A stretch of 58,811 nucleotides of DNA. Origin: Octopus bimaculoides (lineage: Eukaryota). Both the position numbers and the translations under genes were made by a program. The DNA lies in NCBI RefSeq assembly GCF_001194135.2, contig NC_068986.1:110577084-110635894 (forward strand). Reading direction: 5' to 3'. This document shows, piece after piece, positions 38,650-51,444 of the stretch. The notes under the pieces are model-generated. The model had not been told where the DNA came from. It worked only from the letters and a program-made list of their open reading frames with translations, and did not search any database. The stretch's first letter is position 1; each line of letters starts with the position of its first letter.

Positions 38650-39544
38650 TGTACATGTGTGTGCGTTTGTGTCTCTGGAGATGTAGGCACCATACTCGCC
38701 TTAGAAAGGAAATTCGACTATGCTACCCTATAATTATTTGGAGTCTGTATGAAGATAATTATACCCTAAGCTGTAGCTCCAGTAGGGAGATATCTAAGAA
38801 CCCGTATATTCCGCGCCAAAAAGCACACCGAACAAAATAAAGCAAAACAAATAACGCCCTCTCCCTCTCGAACATTAACATCGAAGAGAAATATTCCTAC
38901 GGAAATCCAATATCACATAAGTAGAGAATTCTCCTCACCATCTACCTGACGGACACCATGGGCATTTCGACACTTAAGACAAGTTTATTATTTTCTATGA
39001 TGTTAAACTATCTTTGAAAAATTAAAACATGTTTGTCATTATTCAAACTAAATGTGTGCACTTAGTCCGCAAATAATGAACATATATAAACTCAATATCA
39101 AAACATAGAAATAATAATTCGACATAAATACAATTTGAGTAATAAACAATATTTCGAAGCCATATAATAACCGACTCATAAATCGCTCACATTAACCTCT
39201 GCAACGAAAACGTAGATTTATAAATATAAATAAGGAGATTAAAAGTCAAAATTATAAGTAAGTTGTAAAATAATTTCAGAAATAAATTGCTTTTTAGTCA
39301 ATATATTAATAAAACGATGACTTGCTTCACAGAGTGACATGCAATGGGCCTAGGCCGCCAATTTGAAATCATAGCCATTACTCTCTGAAAGCCATTGTTT
39401 TCACGTACTAAAACGCGGAGAAAGAATGAATCGTACCACTGGCCACTACTCGTATAGACAAATGAAAGCAGAGAGCAGAGGTGTCCCTCTTTACGTGAAT
39501 GGAAACAGGCACGTGACTAGTAGATACTTAGTAGTAGTCATCTT

Positions 39545-39615
39545 CGAAATTTGAACTCAGAACATAAATACTGTCAAAATTGAAAGCATTTCACACGACA
39601 TGCTTACAATATTAC
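39545..39615 (-). mobile_element. SINE family B fragment
   Basis: AATTTGAACTCAGAAC..AAGCATTTC is the reverse complement of the family-B head region. Confidence 0.55.
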
Positions 39616-39639
39616 CAGAGACTTCAATCTGCCCAATGT

Positions 39640-39955
39640 CAGATGACCCGAGGGCCTTTCTCTTCCAAGAATGACGCGATACGAACAAGGACAGGTGAAG
39701 TCCCTCCTGAACTTCATCAACACTTTGTACATGGAACAAATAGTACTCCAGCCGCATTCTCCGTCCGTATCGCAGCCCCGTGGAACAAGCTACCACAGGA
39801 TGTCATTCAGCTGCCCACCACTCCCCTGTTCAAAAAGGCTCTGGACAACTGAGGTGATTATGTATAAAACTGTATATAACAATAACTGCGTTTTTTACAT
39901 GGCTTAAGCACATTGTTCTCTTCTTCCAATAAATTTGATTTGATTTGATTTGATT
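39640..39955 (+). mobile_element. CR1/L2-type LINE 3' end
   Basis: FSVRIAAPWNKLPQDVIQLPTTPLFKKALDN* C-terminus, short 3' UTR, AATAAA and a (TTTGA)n tandem tail at 39934-39955. Confidence 0.85.
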
Positions 39956-40169
39956 CTCTCTCGCTTCCTCTCTGCTCCTCTCCCGCTCTGCCAATCACTT
40001 CAACTGCATCTCCTCTGCTTAACAATTTTTATTTCTCTTTTTATTTGTACCTCTACCTTCAACCTTTTTACCTGTGGTGACTCACACCGCAGGTATGTAC
40101 AAAAGCAAAACGATACCGTATTAATATCAATGGTCATAATCTACTAGATGTAAATTATCAGCAAAAAAC

Positions 40170-41800
40170 ATCGTTGCTAGATGAAACTGGCTCGGACTAT
40201 TGTCATCAGAAATAACTCTAAATTCGTTATATATCTCAACTGAAACGTCCAGAGAATTAAATTATCAATATATTTACCCCTCGTGCTAGCCTCCAGTTCC
40301 CTGGTGAAAAATTTAAATAATCGATATTCAAAGAAGCCTTAGATTTGGAAAGAAAATAAATATCGTTGATATATCTACAACAGCCTCTCTGCTATATCAT
40401 TAAATGTAATTTCGTACTTTTTATAAGTTTTAAACAAAATCAAGATGCTAAACATAATCTGGTTCACAAAATACTAATCTTCACCATCAATCCAGCTGCC
40501 ATTGGAATGCCTCTGACTTGGCAGAATATTTTACCTAATAATTCTAAATACTCCGTTAACCAAGATCACTATCTGTATATTAGTGCATTTCTTTGATCCA
40601 GCTATAAACTTGATTTATAATGTATGTCTTCTAATGTGTGTATCTAAAAAACAATACAATGATTCTTTTCCCACATAACTGTCATCACTACTTCACTTTT
40701 CTTAATTTCTCCATTAATATCTCGTCCTCGTCTGTAACCGATTTATATGTAACATTACGACAGAAATTGTGACGTGTTCTCATTTCCAATTACTTGACCC
40801 ATAAACAGTGTTTTTGATATGCACTAACAAAACAAGCATCCCTTTATTTAATATAATCCCTACTCAGATTGCACAGACATTGCCTAACGTCTTTTTATCC
40901 AGGCGAAATCTTTTATGACAGCTGGATACAGCTTTTTCATTCTTTCTTTCATAGCATTATTAGCATTAAACGCATTCTTGTTTTGATCTAATATTTAAAA
41001 CCAGGTTGATCCGCAAAGCCTTTTACTGATCTTAATACGAAACATTCTTGCCTAAAATTTACTAATCCGTGCAGATGCCTTATCTATTGCCACTTTCGCT
41101 TGGTTTTCATCTCTGAATTTCTTTAGGGAACAAATTTTAAGTTCCCTCTATGATCACGTATTAAAATCTAGAAATTTCACAGTCACATGACCATCGAAAA
41201 ATCTTAAAATGATTCTTATCTAGTCTAGAGATGCATTTATTGTAATTCAATAATATTCTAACAACATTTAGTATACACCTAATGTACTCAACATTTCCAT
41301 TCTTGAACTTGTCCGGTAAAACAATATATAATTCCTAATCATTAAAAAATGAGTTGAAATAAAAAAAATAACTTATTGGTGGATTAACAAAGAGTACAGA
41401 TATAATTTTCTTTCCGAATTTCTTGACATTTTTTTTCCCATCTTTTATTAAACAACAGAAAGTGTAACATCTGTAATATTAATATTACAAACGTTCTGTC
41501 ATGTTATTTTTTAATGTCCTAAACGAATTGGATCTCAGCGTAAATATACCGTACCTTCACTAAATAATCCAGTAATCTTCTTCCATATTTCCTGAAAATC
41601 TTTATGAACATTTTTTTTATCACTTCAATTTCTCTGATCATGAATTCGTCGTTTTCTAATAATTGGCCCTGAAAAATAAATCTCGTTCTTCTTGACTTCG
41701 CATAAAATCATTCCTTCTCCCATAAAATTATTATTAAAGCCCAGAGGGAATTTGTACTGCAACACATTTGATTAATAATCCGTATCTTAAGGATCCCTTA
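40170..41800 (-). mobile_element. Degraded Penelope-like element, probably Naiad/Chlamys type (endonuclease N-terminal to RT)
   Basis: RT motifs LGKIFCQVRGIPM (about 40495-40540), CRYINDIY (about 40355-40380), RELE..YID..SLDVSV. Upstream pieces VAIDKAS, IIRKRRIHDQR and DY*..VLQYKFPLGFNNN..GEG, the last resembling the end of a GIY-YIG domain. Many stops, frameshifts and deletions. Confidence 0.55.
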
Positions 41801-42087
41801 TTTTTCCTGAAAAATTCAGAAATATACTGAAACCCTCCTAATTTATCAATCCGCCTATGCCTAATGAGACGTTAAACCTTGAGTAGTTACATCAATGTAC
41901 CGTGTTTTGTCCATAAAATAAGTCAGTACTATACTCCTGGATTTAGAGCTAAGTGATAAACTACCGTTTAAAGTATTTTTAATTTCATGACATTAAAATG
42001 TCCTTTTGAAATAGCAAATTTGCATGAAATGCGTTTATTAAAGTAGCATTGCCCAACTACGTTATAACATCCATTCATATTAATATG

Positions 42088-42097
42088 TGGCGACGAG
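42088..42097 (+). promoter_or_regulatory. Primer-binding site of the Gypsy remnant (tRNA-Ser(GCU) type)
   Basis: TGGCGACGAG is complementary to the ..CUCGUCG-CCA 3' end of tRNA-Ser(GCU) and sits about 80 nt upstream of the gag remnant. Confidence 0.7.
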
Positions 42098-43300
42098 TTA
42101 TTCGAAGCTTGCGTAAGACGTTTAAATTTTTTGTGGGGTGGAGGATACGAAACCAAAGAAAACATTATATGATATGGAAGATTTGTTGGGTCGCGTGGTA
42201 CAGCTGCAACAGCAACAATGACATCGACAACAGCAACAACAACAATACCAACAGTTACTGGAAGTATTGTTGAAGAGGTTCATTCTCATCAGAGAGCGTA
42301 GCAAATTCAATTGGAGTATTTATTTATAACCCAGAAGAAGGTACCATTTTTGTTTCATATTTTCGACGATACGAAAAATGTTCAAAGTAAAATGTAAAAA
42401 TAGGAATGACGAGAGAGTGCGACTACTCTCCCGAAAACGAAAAATACTGCCGAGAAACCAGGTGAGATTTGTTTCGATGAAACAGTTAATTGTTTCAGTG
42501 AAAGATGTTACCTGTTCAATACTTGTTGACAATGTTTAGATTTAGTTAAAAATGATGAAGATTTCATCACCTATGCTGGGGCCGTTAACAGAGAGTGTGA
42601 AAAATTCAAATTCTATGACTGAACCTCAGATTTGTTCAAATGTCTTATTTTTCTGAAGGTTTAACAACAACAAAAGATGCTGATATACGTTCCTGTATAT
42701 TAACAAAATTAGAACAGGACCAAGACTAACTCTAGAAGCAGTGGCTGAAGAATGCTAGAGGATTATAAATTTAAGGGATGTGACGGATAAAATTGAAGAA
42801 AACGATTGCTCTCAGAGACATGCGTGTCGTCCTGAAACAGATAAGAAAAAAGTAAAACGAACGTCAAGACCAAATCTGTGCTATACGAAGAAAGTTTCAC
42901 GAAGTTGAATGGGGGATTTTATTTTGAAATTTGGACCTATCTGAAGCATATTTTCAGGTAAAAGTCGACGAGAAATGTTCAAAATTATTGACAATACCCA
43001 TAAAGTGTTGTATAAATTTAATCGACTCCCATTTTGAATAAATATAGCACCTGTCTATTTTCCAACAAATTATGGACATTATGCTCGCAAGTCCAGATTT
43101 CGCTGAAGCCTATCTTCACGACATACTTATAAAAACCGAGTCTCGTGGTGAGCAGGCTGAGCATGTTTAAAAGGTCCAGATTCCAGCTAATTTGTGATTT
43201 AACAACACCAAAAACTATCGCAGATGATTTTATTATAGTCTGTACTTCTTACATCATTACTAAAGCCTCGTTTTACTATACGACGGATGTCTTAGACAAG
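42088..43300 (+). mobile_element. Ty3/Gypsy LTR retrotransposon internal remnant (gag + RT fragment)
   Basis: gag-like FSSESVANSIG..YNPEEG..FRRYE..EDFITYAGAVNRECEKF..DLFKCLIF..IRSCILTKLEQ..AEEC (42165-42840). RT LDLSEAYFQV..YKFNRL..IFQQIMD..AYLHDILI (42915-43175). Protease, RNase H and integrase are absent. Confidence 0.9.
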
Positions 43301-45748
43301 AGGTTCGGTAACTAAAGCATTATAGCTTGACCAACCAAGAGTTCACAGCATTTAAGCTGTGCCTGCATATGTCGTGCGGATTACATAGCCCAAAATACTT
43401 TCTTTCTACTTTCTCACCATTTTGTGTATCTGGATACGAAGTTGGAAAGCTTTTGATTATAAGATTGTTCCTTTATTGTTGACTAAATCATTAAAAACAC
43501 CCCAACTTATTCGTTAGATATGTTAATATCATGGACACTGTATCTTATCAAATGATTTGTTAACCCAAACGGTAAACATCGTTATTAACGTGGAAACACC
43601 AAAAGATCAGTCACATTACCTGCTGCGTAATGTTTTAAATTAAATAAAATTTAATTAATTTTTATTTCGAAGAGTTTCTCTTGCTATAATAATAAATCAT
43701 TAGGACATAATAAATCATTGAGATAATGACTATTTCTCATCATTAAGGGTGTAATTTTTAATTAATCAATGTCTTTGTCCACTACATTACGTACGCTAGT
43801 ACTGACCTTCCAACTAATAAACTAGACAGGCCACACAAACATCATATAATACAAACAGCCACATATGGTTTTAATTAAACTTGCTGTAGTGACGCCAAAT
43901 ACAGGATGTCGATTTATTATAAAAGCTTCACTTATACCAAATACTTCAAACAGAAACACAAGGGTTTAATTATACTTTCTACACTAACACGAAATGCTGC
44001 AATCATCTACGCAGAGTGGGTAATTAACTAGTTTTCACTAATAGAAAATGCAGTAAAGAGCGACGTTTGATTTTAATTAATCTAGCTGTAATAATACCAA
44101 CAACTGCAAACAACTAAACTTGAATTTGATTACATTTGTTTCAATAACAGTAAATGCTACAAACAGCGATACGTGAGTTTAATTATGCTCACTGCTTTTA
44201 TTCCAAGCATTGCCATCACGATAAACATGGGTTAAGTTGAACTGTTTACTTATCATTCCCACATTTCGCAAATAGATACAAGCGTAACACATATTACGAC
44301 GGTGGATTTGTGAGTCATAGTAAAATACTTTTTTTCTTTCTTTCTAAAATACCTAGCAAAGTGGAGGATTCGATGTAGCAAAATTTTTTCTCTGTTGAAA
44401 AGGTTGCTTTTCTTTAGGACGAGAGTATTTCTGATGTTGCCATGTATGCGATATTCAAAATCGATCTCAAGTGTGATGTTATGAATATATGCAATATTTT
44501 ACATGATTGCAGTATATCATGCGTAAAACTAATCCATACTAAAGGATAAATGATATCCTTCTTATGTATATTTTATATATTACGTGGACAGGAACATCTC
44601 TTTTGTTTCAAAGATATTCACCGACATTTCCGGATGTCGAGCTTTACTTTTCCTCTTATAATCTACTTCGTCACTAATTTCATTAATCAGATAAAGAAGC
44701 TGGTTTGATTTCATAAGATTACACTATTTGATAACAGTGGCACCAAGCTGATTAACCCCGCATATATTTGGACTTTGCTAGCATAGAACATTAGTATTTC
44801 GGATATTAATTAAATTTGTAATCTAATCATTATGGTTGTAGCTTCAAATGTAACCATTAGACTTTGAATCCCTTCCTCATAATGAAGACGAGGTCACAAT
44901 CATCAGAAAACAACAATTCCATCACTAGAATATGCTCGAAAAATGTTCTTCTTTAACTTTGATAGGAGATATTGCAACCAGCTTAGGGCGAGGTGGAGTT
45001 TTGGGAGATCTTCATAGAAAGCCTAGTTCACATGTTCTTCAAGACGGTGAAAATGACGACATTCACGTTCTTGTACAAATGGAAGTCAACGAGAAAATGA
45101 GAAACTCTTGCTTAATCCGAAGGTCAAAAGTCAAACGTACAAGGAAATGTATCTAATTACGAACAGCCTTTATAACAATGCACGTTTGTGGAATGTTTTC
45201 CACGATAGAAATGAGACTTAATGTCATATTAACTGAAAACAGAAAATAAAGACGCTGTATGATTGCGGAACATTCACTAACTGGAAGAGAAGTTTATTAT
45301 GAAATATTATCTGCAGGCAGAAATTATCCGTTTTTCATGCATACATCTATCTATAATAAGATGCATGTGCCCTTTCTATATGAAAGTATAAACGTGTATA
45401 TATATAATCAAAATAAGCAACAAGATATCGAGTGGGGAGGCAGTATGATAGTTTCAAGAGACTCTATTTAATTGAACAATGCAATTTGGAGTCATAGTAT
45501 TGTAAGGGATTGTAATTTATTTCTAATTCATTTATAAATGAATTAGAAATGAATTACACTCCCTTACAACACTATGACCTCACTAGGCCTCGTGCAATGC
45601 TTAGAACTGCAGTATATTCTTAGCTACAACAGCGACAACATGAATGTCTTCAATCTTCTTGCTCTGTTAAAATATTTGAGAAAATTATATTAATGTGTCC
45701 TACTTGTTAAAACTCTATTCATTTATTTGTAACTGTTGACGGTACTGC

Positions 45749-45848
45749 ATTTAAATTGATGTTATGATTGCATTGTTCAATTAAATAAAGCCGCTTGAAA
45801 TGGTCGTACTGCATCACAACATCATATCCTGATGCTTATTTTGACTTT
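45749..45848 (+). repeat. Unclassified interspersed repeat, copy 2 (copy 1 at 621-720)
   Basis: Direct alignment to 621-720. Confidence 0.8.
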
Positions 45849-45929
45849 ATTCACCTTACTTCGAGCTGTGCGGATAATACCGCACTGTCTTGGCGCTTCA
45901 ACTTAAGTACCTAATTCAAGTGAATCTCG

Positions 45930-45966
<37 letters not shown>

Positions 45967-46266
45967 TTATACGTTTATATTTATCAAAAACTAGATTCAT
46001 TATATTTATATGAACACATGTGTGTTTGTATGTAATGTACACAAATTTATATAGTTTGGTAGATAGTCAGCTTGATAAATATTCATGCATAGGTTTCTAT
46101 ATATATGTAGGTATAAAAGCAGTCTGTCGATCAATACGGAGGGTGTGAAAGTAACTGAGGGCTAGGAAAGTTCCTTCTGGCTAATTATCGGATATTATAA
46201 CTGCATTCGTCAAAAGGTTATTTGGTGCAGCTGAAACGCGAAAAGAAAAATAAACGCATCATTATT

Positions 46267-46300
<34 letters not shown>

Positions 46301-46675
46301 NNNNNNNNNNNNNNNNNNNNNNNNNNNNNNNNNNNNNNNNNNNNNNNNNNNNNNNNNTATATATGTGTGTAGGTATATATAAGTATGTATATGGTTATGT
46401 ATATATGCGTATACATGCGTATATATGTATGCATATATATATCCATATCAATCTATCTATATATCTATCTATATGTATATATATGTATGTATATATATAT
46501 ATACGTATATATGTGTATATATATGTATATATACGCATATATGTGCATATATATGCATATAAATGCATATATATATGCGTATATGCATATATGTATATGT
46601 ATGAGTGTTTTTACAAATATGTATCGACATCACATACATCATGTACATACACGCACAGAAACACACACACACACA

Positions 46676-46707
<32 letters not shown>

Positions 46708-46959
46708 TGTATGTATATCAGCAATTTTACCATGAAAACGATTGATCGTTGTTAAAGGCCAGAGATTTACAATCTGCATATATGTTTATGCATACTTTCG
46801 ACTATTTATTTTTATCAGTCATTAAGTGGAAAAGTATATACATACAAAAGATCATATATATACACACTCATGTTTATTTATCTATACATATCTAAGTCTG
46901 CCCGTCACTGAGGCTGTGTAAGTATATCTATTTATACACACAGGCATATGTATGTGCGT

Positions 46960-47090
46960 ATGTATGGATAGTTAGATAGATAGATAGATGAATAGATAGA
47001 TGAATAGATAGAGAAACTAATATACTGAGGAATAGAGAAACATGGAAATAGATAGAGAGATAGTTGGACGGAATCTAAATAGACAGATAG

Positions 47091-47121
<31 letters not shown>

Positions 47122-47153
47122 GATAGATAGATAGATATATAGATAGACAGGTA

Positions 47154-47194
<41 letters not shown>

Positions 47195-47195
47195 A
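46960..47195 (+). repeat. (GATA)n tetranucleotide array
   Basis: Direct read. Confidence 0.95.
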
Positions 47196-48155
47196 TCTAA
47201 ATTCTTGATAGCACAGAACGTCAGTGTATTTGCAATGCAGCACAGAGTCCCATTTCCTCTCTATCATTATTTTTACTGGAATAATTGAGGGAACTTAAAA
47301 GTCCAATGCTGGAGAAACTCCTGGTATATCACCGGTAAAAGTATAACAGAACGAATGATGAATTTAGAATATCTGCAATGGTTTCGATACCAGCTCGAAA
47401 TGTTAACGTCATTGCAGGGAAGTGGTTCCATGTGAAAAAAAAAAAAATATAAGCAGAATTTCCAGTTGTTTCTATTTCAGGACGCTTAATCAAACTGGTA
47501 TTCAAAGCTTTAAATTGTGCGACTCTCAAGCATTCTAAGATGCTTATATGTTGCTTGTTCGCATGAGATCAGTTCAAACCTATCGTCCATATGCTGCCGT
47601 TTACTTGTTGTTGATAGAGAAATCAACAATGGAAATAGAGGGAATAAAACAAACATTTATGATGGCCAATCGTAATCTTCTTTTTCTGTTTCAGTCAAAA
47701 TAATATCTTGTTTATGGAATTTATATTATTTTGTTGTACCTCGGGAAGGTCATGTTGCCCATAATATACACACGCACTGTTTCTATTTCACCTCTTTCCT
47801 TATCGTTATTCAATTGGTTGGTCATTTAACAAATTAGATAATCGATAATTTGATTAATAGTTTCATGTACCTAGGTGATAATCAGATAATTTCATCAAAG
47901 TTCTTTCATTACCATTCATTTTTCCATCAGTGGAATGCCCTGTCTACTTCTAGCTCTGCTTCAAGTTTGTCTCCATGTAATAAAATTCATACATCAGTTT
48001 ACTGTGATAGCAAACGAACCTGTAAAGTAAAAATAATTATGAAAAATATTTCCCCAAAAAGTAGAGCTATTTCTTCTATTTACTATTTCTTTCCTTTTTT
48101 TCTAGGTGCCTTATGTCTGCCTTTTACTGTTTTTTTTTCGATCTTCATTGCCAAG

Positions 48156-48199
48156 CAATATGTCCGACTTGATAATAACACCTTCGGATATCTACGTGC
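48156..48199 (+). CDS. Candidate 44-nt exon (QYVRLDNNTFGYLR or NMSDLIITPSDIYV)
   Basis: Long pyrimidine tract + ccaag acceptor, GTAAGT donor at 48200, two frames open. Confidence 0.3.
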
Positions 48200-48585
48200 G
48201 TAAGTAGCTTAACACAGGCTGAGGCTAAGTTCATCTAGATTTTGATTTACCTCGTAGATAAGGTATCACCATGGCTATGAGATCTGATACACCCTCCTCT
48301 CATGCTCATGCCCTTCTACCATAGAATTCAAATCGTGATTTCTTTTGTAACTACGCGCACATTTTACTTAAGAAAAAGAAAATTCTTCACAATTATGTAT
48401 GGGAAATATATCATTTCGAGTGCAGTTTCTTACCTGCTAAATAGAATATGACACCATCGTTGACCGTTTGATCAGCTCCCTAGTACTCAATTGCATCATT
48501 CGAAATTATTTTCAGTATAATCTTCACAGATAAGTATTTTGCGTTGGTCTCCAGCATTCAGAGCTCAATGTGTCACAACAATACA

Positions 48586-48653
<68 letters not shown>

Positions 48654-48887
48654 ATATATATATATAATGTTTCACATAAGCTGTCTTTATTGGAGCTTAA
48701 AAAATCCTTTAAAACTACGAGATGCAACAGATATCTCAACTCCTTTTTTTTTTTTTACTTAATCTAGCAACTATGTCCCATATATTTTACCTTGTTATTT
48801 GTAGTGGGTCTTTTTCTCGAATCGATATGTGTCAGAGCATAAAGTAAGAAGAGGATAAAGAATTCTGGTTAAAACATATTAAATATA

Positions 48888-50130
48888 TCAGGTTGAGTAA
48901 AAAGTAAGTTTTGAACCAAGAAGAATTTGTACCGGATGTTTGCAGTTTTGAATTATTTTTAACATCTTTTTTGCAGTTGTCTGATAATATAGATATAGAC
49001 TTGCCCAAATGCATCAATAAATTAACATTGATTTTTTTTTGTCACCGTTGTTACAATCATCTGAAATGGAACTGTCAAAGTGCGTTATTCGAGCAATTTT
49101 GCTATTCAAATTCAAAAAAGAAAGTAAAACAGATGAAATTGCTCGCAGTATCAAAGCAACGTTTGGTGAGGAAATGAACAGTGAGTGGTCAGCTTGAAAA
49201 TGGTTTAAACGATTTCACAGTGGAGACCGGAGTCTTGAAGATCGTGAGCGTAGTGGTCACCCATTTGGTATCAACGACGGTCAATTGAAGACCGTCATTG
49301 AAAAAGATCCACGTAAAACCACTCGAGAAATGGCAAAAAAATTCAAGGTAGCCACAAAATAGGCTGCAACCATTTGCATGCGATCAGAAAATCAAAAAAG
49401 CTCGACAAATGGGTATCACATGATTTGAATAAAAATCAGGAAGATGCGCAGGCATGAAATTTTCTAGTCGCTTCTTCTCCATAACCAGGCCAATCCATTT
49501 CCCGACCGTATTGTAACGACTGGTGAAAAATGGATTCTGTACAATAATTAAAAAAATGATCTTCGCAGTAAGACCAAAAAGAATCACCGAAAACCTTCCC
49601 AAAACCCGGGCTCTTCTATACGAAAGCTATGGTAACTGTTTGGTGCTGTACTGCTGGAGTCTTCCACTGTAACCTCTTAAAACCTGTAAACCATTACTGC
49701 AGAAACATATATCCATCATATTGCCACAGCCAATGAAAGACAGCTACTCTTCCGTCCCAGACTGGTCAACAGAAGAGGGCCTATCATTCTTCACACGTTT
49801 CACTAATGACAGTCCAGAAGTTGAGCGAACTTGGCTACGAAATTGTTCCTCATCCAGCTTATTCCCCAGTTCTTTCTTCTGCCGACTACAAGTTTTAAAG
49901 CACCTTGATTGTTTCCGGCGAGAGAAAGAGTTCGAGAATGAAACCGATAGTGAAAGTGCGTTTAAAGAGTTCATCAGATCCAGAATCCCAGATTTTTATG
50001 TTACTGGAATAAACAAACTTGTTAATCGTTCGCAAAACTGTGCTGATTGTAATGGCACTTTTCGCATTGTTGAAATAGTTTTGTGATGAATTTCATGTAT
50101 CAAAACGTTGTTTACTTTATACTCAGCCTG

Positions 50131-50131
<1 letters not shown>
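48888..50131 (+). mobile_element. Full-length defective mariner (DD34D-type) transposon, 1244 bp
   Basis: TA|TCAGGTTGAGTAAAAAGTAA ... TTACTTTATACTCAGCCTGA|TA terminal inverted repeats with TA TSD. ATG at 49066, WFKRF..SLED..RSG HTH linker, KLDKWVSHDL, VTTGEKW, HPAYSPVLSSADY. Multiple stops and frameshifts. Confidence 0.95.
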
Positions 50132-50161
<30 letters not shown>

Positions 50162-50504
50162 CATACATACATGCATACCCCACCCTCCAAAAAAGGAATA
50201 AAATCCTCATAGGTAATAATTATTATTAAAATTATAATTAAGGATATCTAAGAGATACCACCATGCTAGATACAGCAGCCAAAACTTGACTCTAAAAGCA
50301 CATTAAATGTTCATACAGCACAAAAAGAGAAGACAAAGAGACAAGATAAACTAGTGAAAAAATTATTGGACAATTCCAGTTCTCGGGTTTCTTGCTCTGC
50401 ATAAGAAGAAATGTTTTGCCTTCATCAGTGGAACATACGAATACTTACATATACGCACGAATACACGCATAAATATGCACTTATGCACACGACAAGTTTA
50501 TATA

Positions 50505-50690
50505 TTTAGTGAGAATTTACAAAAAAAAAACAAAAAACAAAAACAGAAGATGAAGACGGATGAGTAAACAACAAACAAATGCATCAGTTTAGCCTATGAG
50601 AAGTAAGAAACTCTTTTACTTTTCGAGCCTACGCTCTTCGACAGAAAGGAACACAGAAATAAACTGTGAAAGAAAGTAGAAAATGTAATA
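50505..50690 (-). mobile_element. Short non-coding repeat with hammerhead-like core (Penelope LTR or retrozyme-like)
   Basis: Minus strand CUGUCGA-A-GAGC-GUAG-GCUC-GAAA at 50621-50644, same architecture as 51340-51510. Confidence 0.6.
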
Positions 50691-51371
50691 TATATATATA
50701 TATATATACTTATATTTATTCAATTTTGGGGGATTAATTGATATGCGGGTAATCTATTTCAGATAATACAAAAATAATCTAACGGGTATATCTGAAAGTA
50801 AACTCATGCTATCAGGTTGCACATCACGAAATAATACTTAAAGGATATAACCATAATTACCTGCAGGGCATATAATATACTTCATTAATTGTATCCTACT
50901 TTAGTTAATACTTATATTTATTAAATATGGAGGAACTACACGTGTTTCAGTATTGGAAGATAACAATATATATACATATACACAACTCTATACCTATATA
51001 TATACATATATAAATACATATATGCAATCCCCAGATTTACAATTATTCCAACACATCCTCAGGTTCTATTTCAAAATATTATGTATCTAATTTTACATCC
51101 CTTTAAAAATAAGCAATACAATTAAGCATTAAAGATTAAAAATTCAGAATTAGAAATTAGGAATAAAAAAATTATACATTGTAATATTAAGAATTAGAAT
51201 TTATAAAATATACATGATAAACATGAATTAGTATAATATCAATCATGTAAAATCAAGTATTTGTCAAATACCGAATGTGAGAAATAAGATTAAACACCAG
51301 AATGAAAATGTTTGTGCTTAAATGTGATATATAACAAGAAGAATTCTCTCTCCTTCTTTGGACTTTTCCTA

Positions 51372-51444
51372 TATTTCTGATGAAGTGCTCCGCTCGAAAC
51401 GTGAAATCTTCTTTCTTTTCTTTCCCTTCCTGAGCGTCCAATAG
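51372..51444 (+). ncRNA. Type I hammerhead ribozyme-like motif, slightly degenerate
   Basis: CUGAUGA (51377-83), stem II GUGC/GCUC (3 of 4 pairs), GAAA (51396-99), stem III ACG/CGU, GUC triplet at 51436-38, stem I UAUU/AAUA with a 1.1-2.1 mismatch. Confidence 0.65.

Noticed and set aside
44932-45156. 74-aa ORF MLEKCSSL..
   Set aside because: No motif, splice support or TE similarity recognised, and the length is within chance expectation.
43619-50861. Three minus-strand CAG|GTAA sites with upstream pyrimidines (43619, 48433, 50860), resembling recursive-splicing ratchet points
   Set aside because: A rough estimate assuming 30% GC gives about 2-3 CAGGTAA per strand by chance in this window, and no host intron is established.
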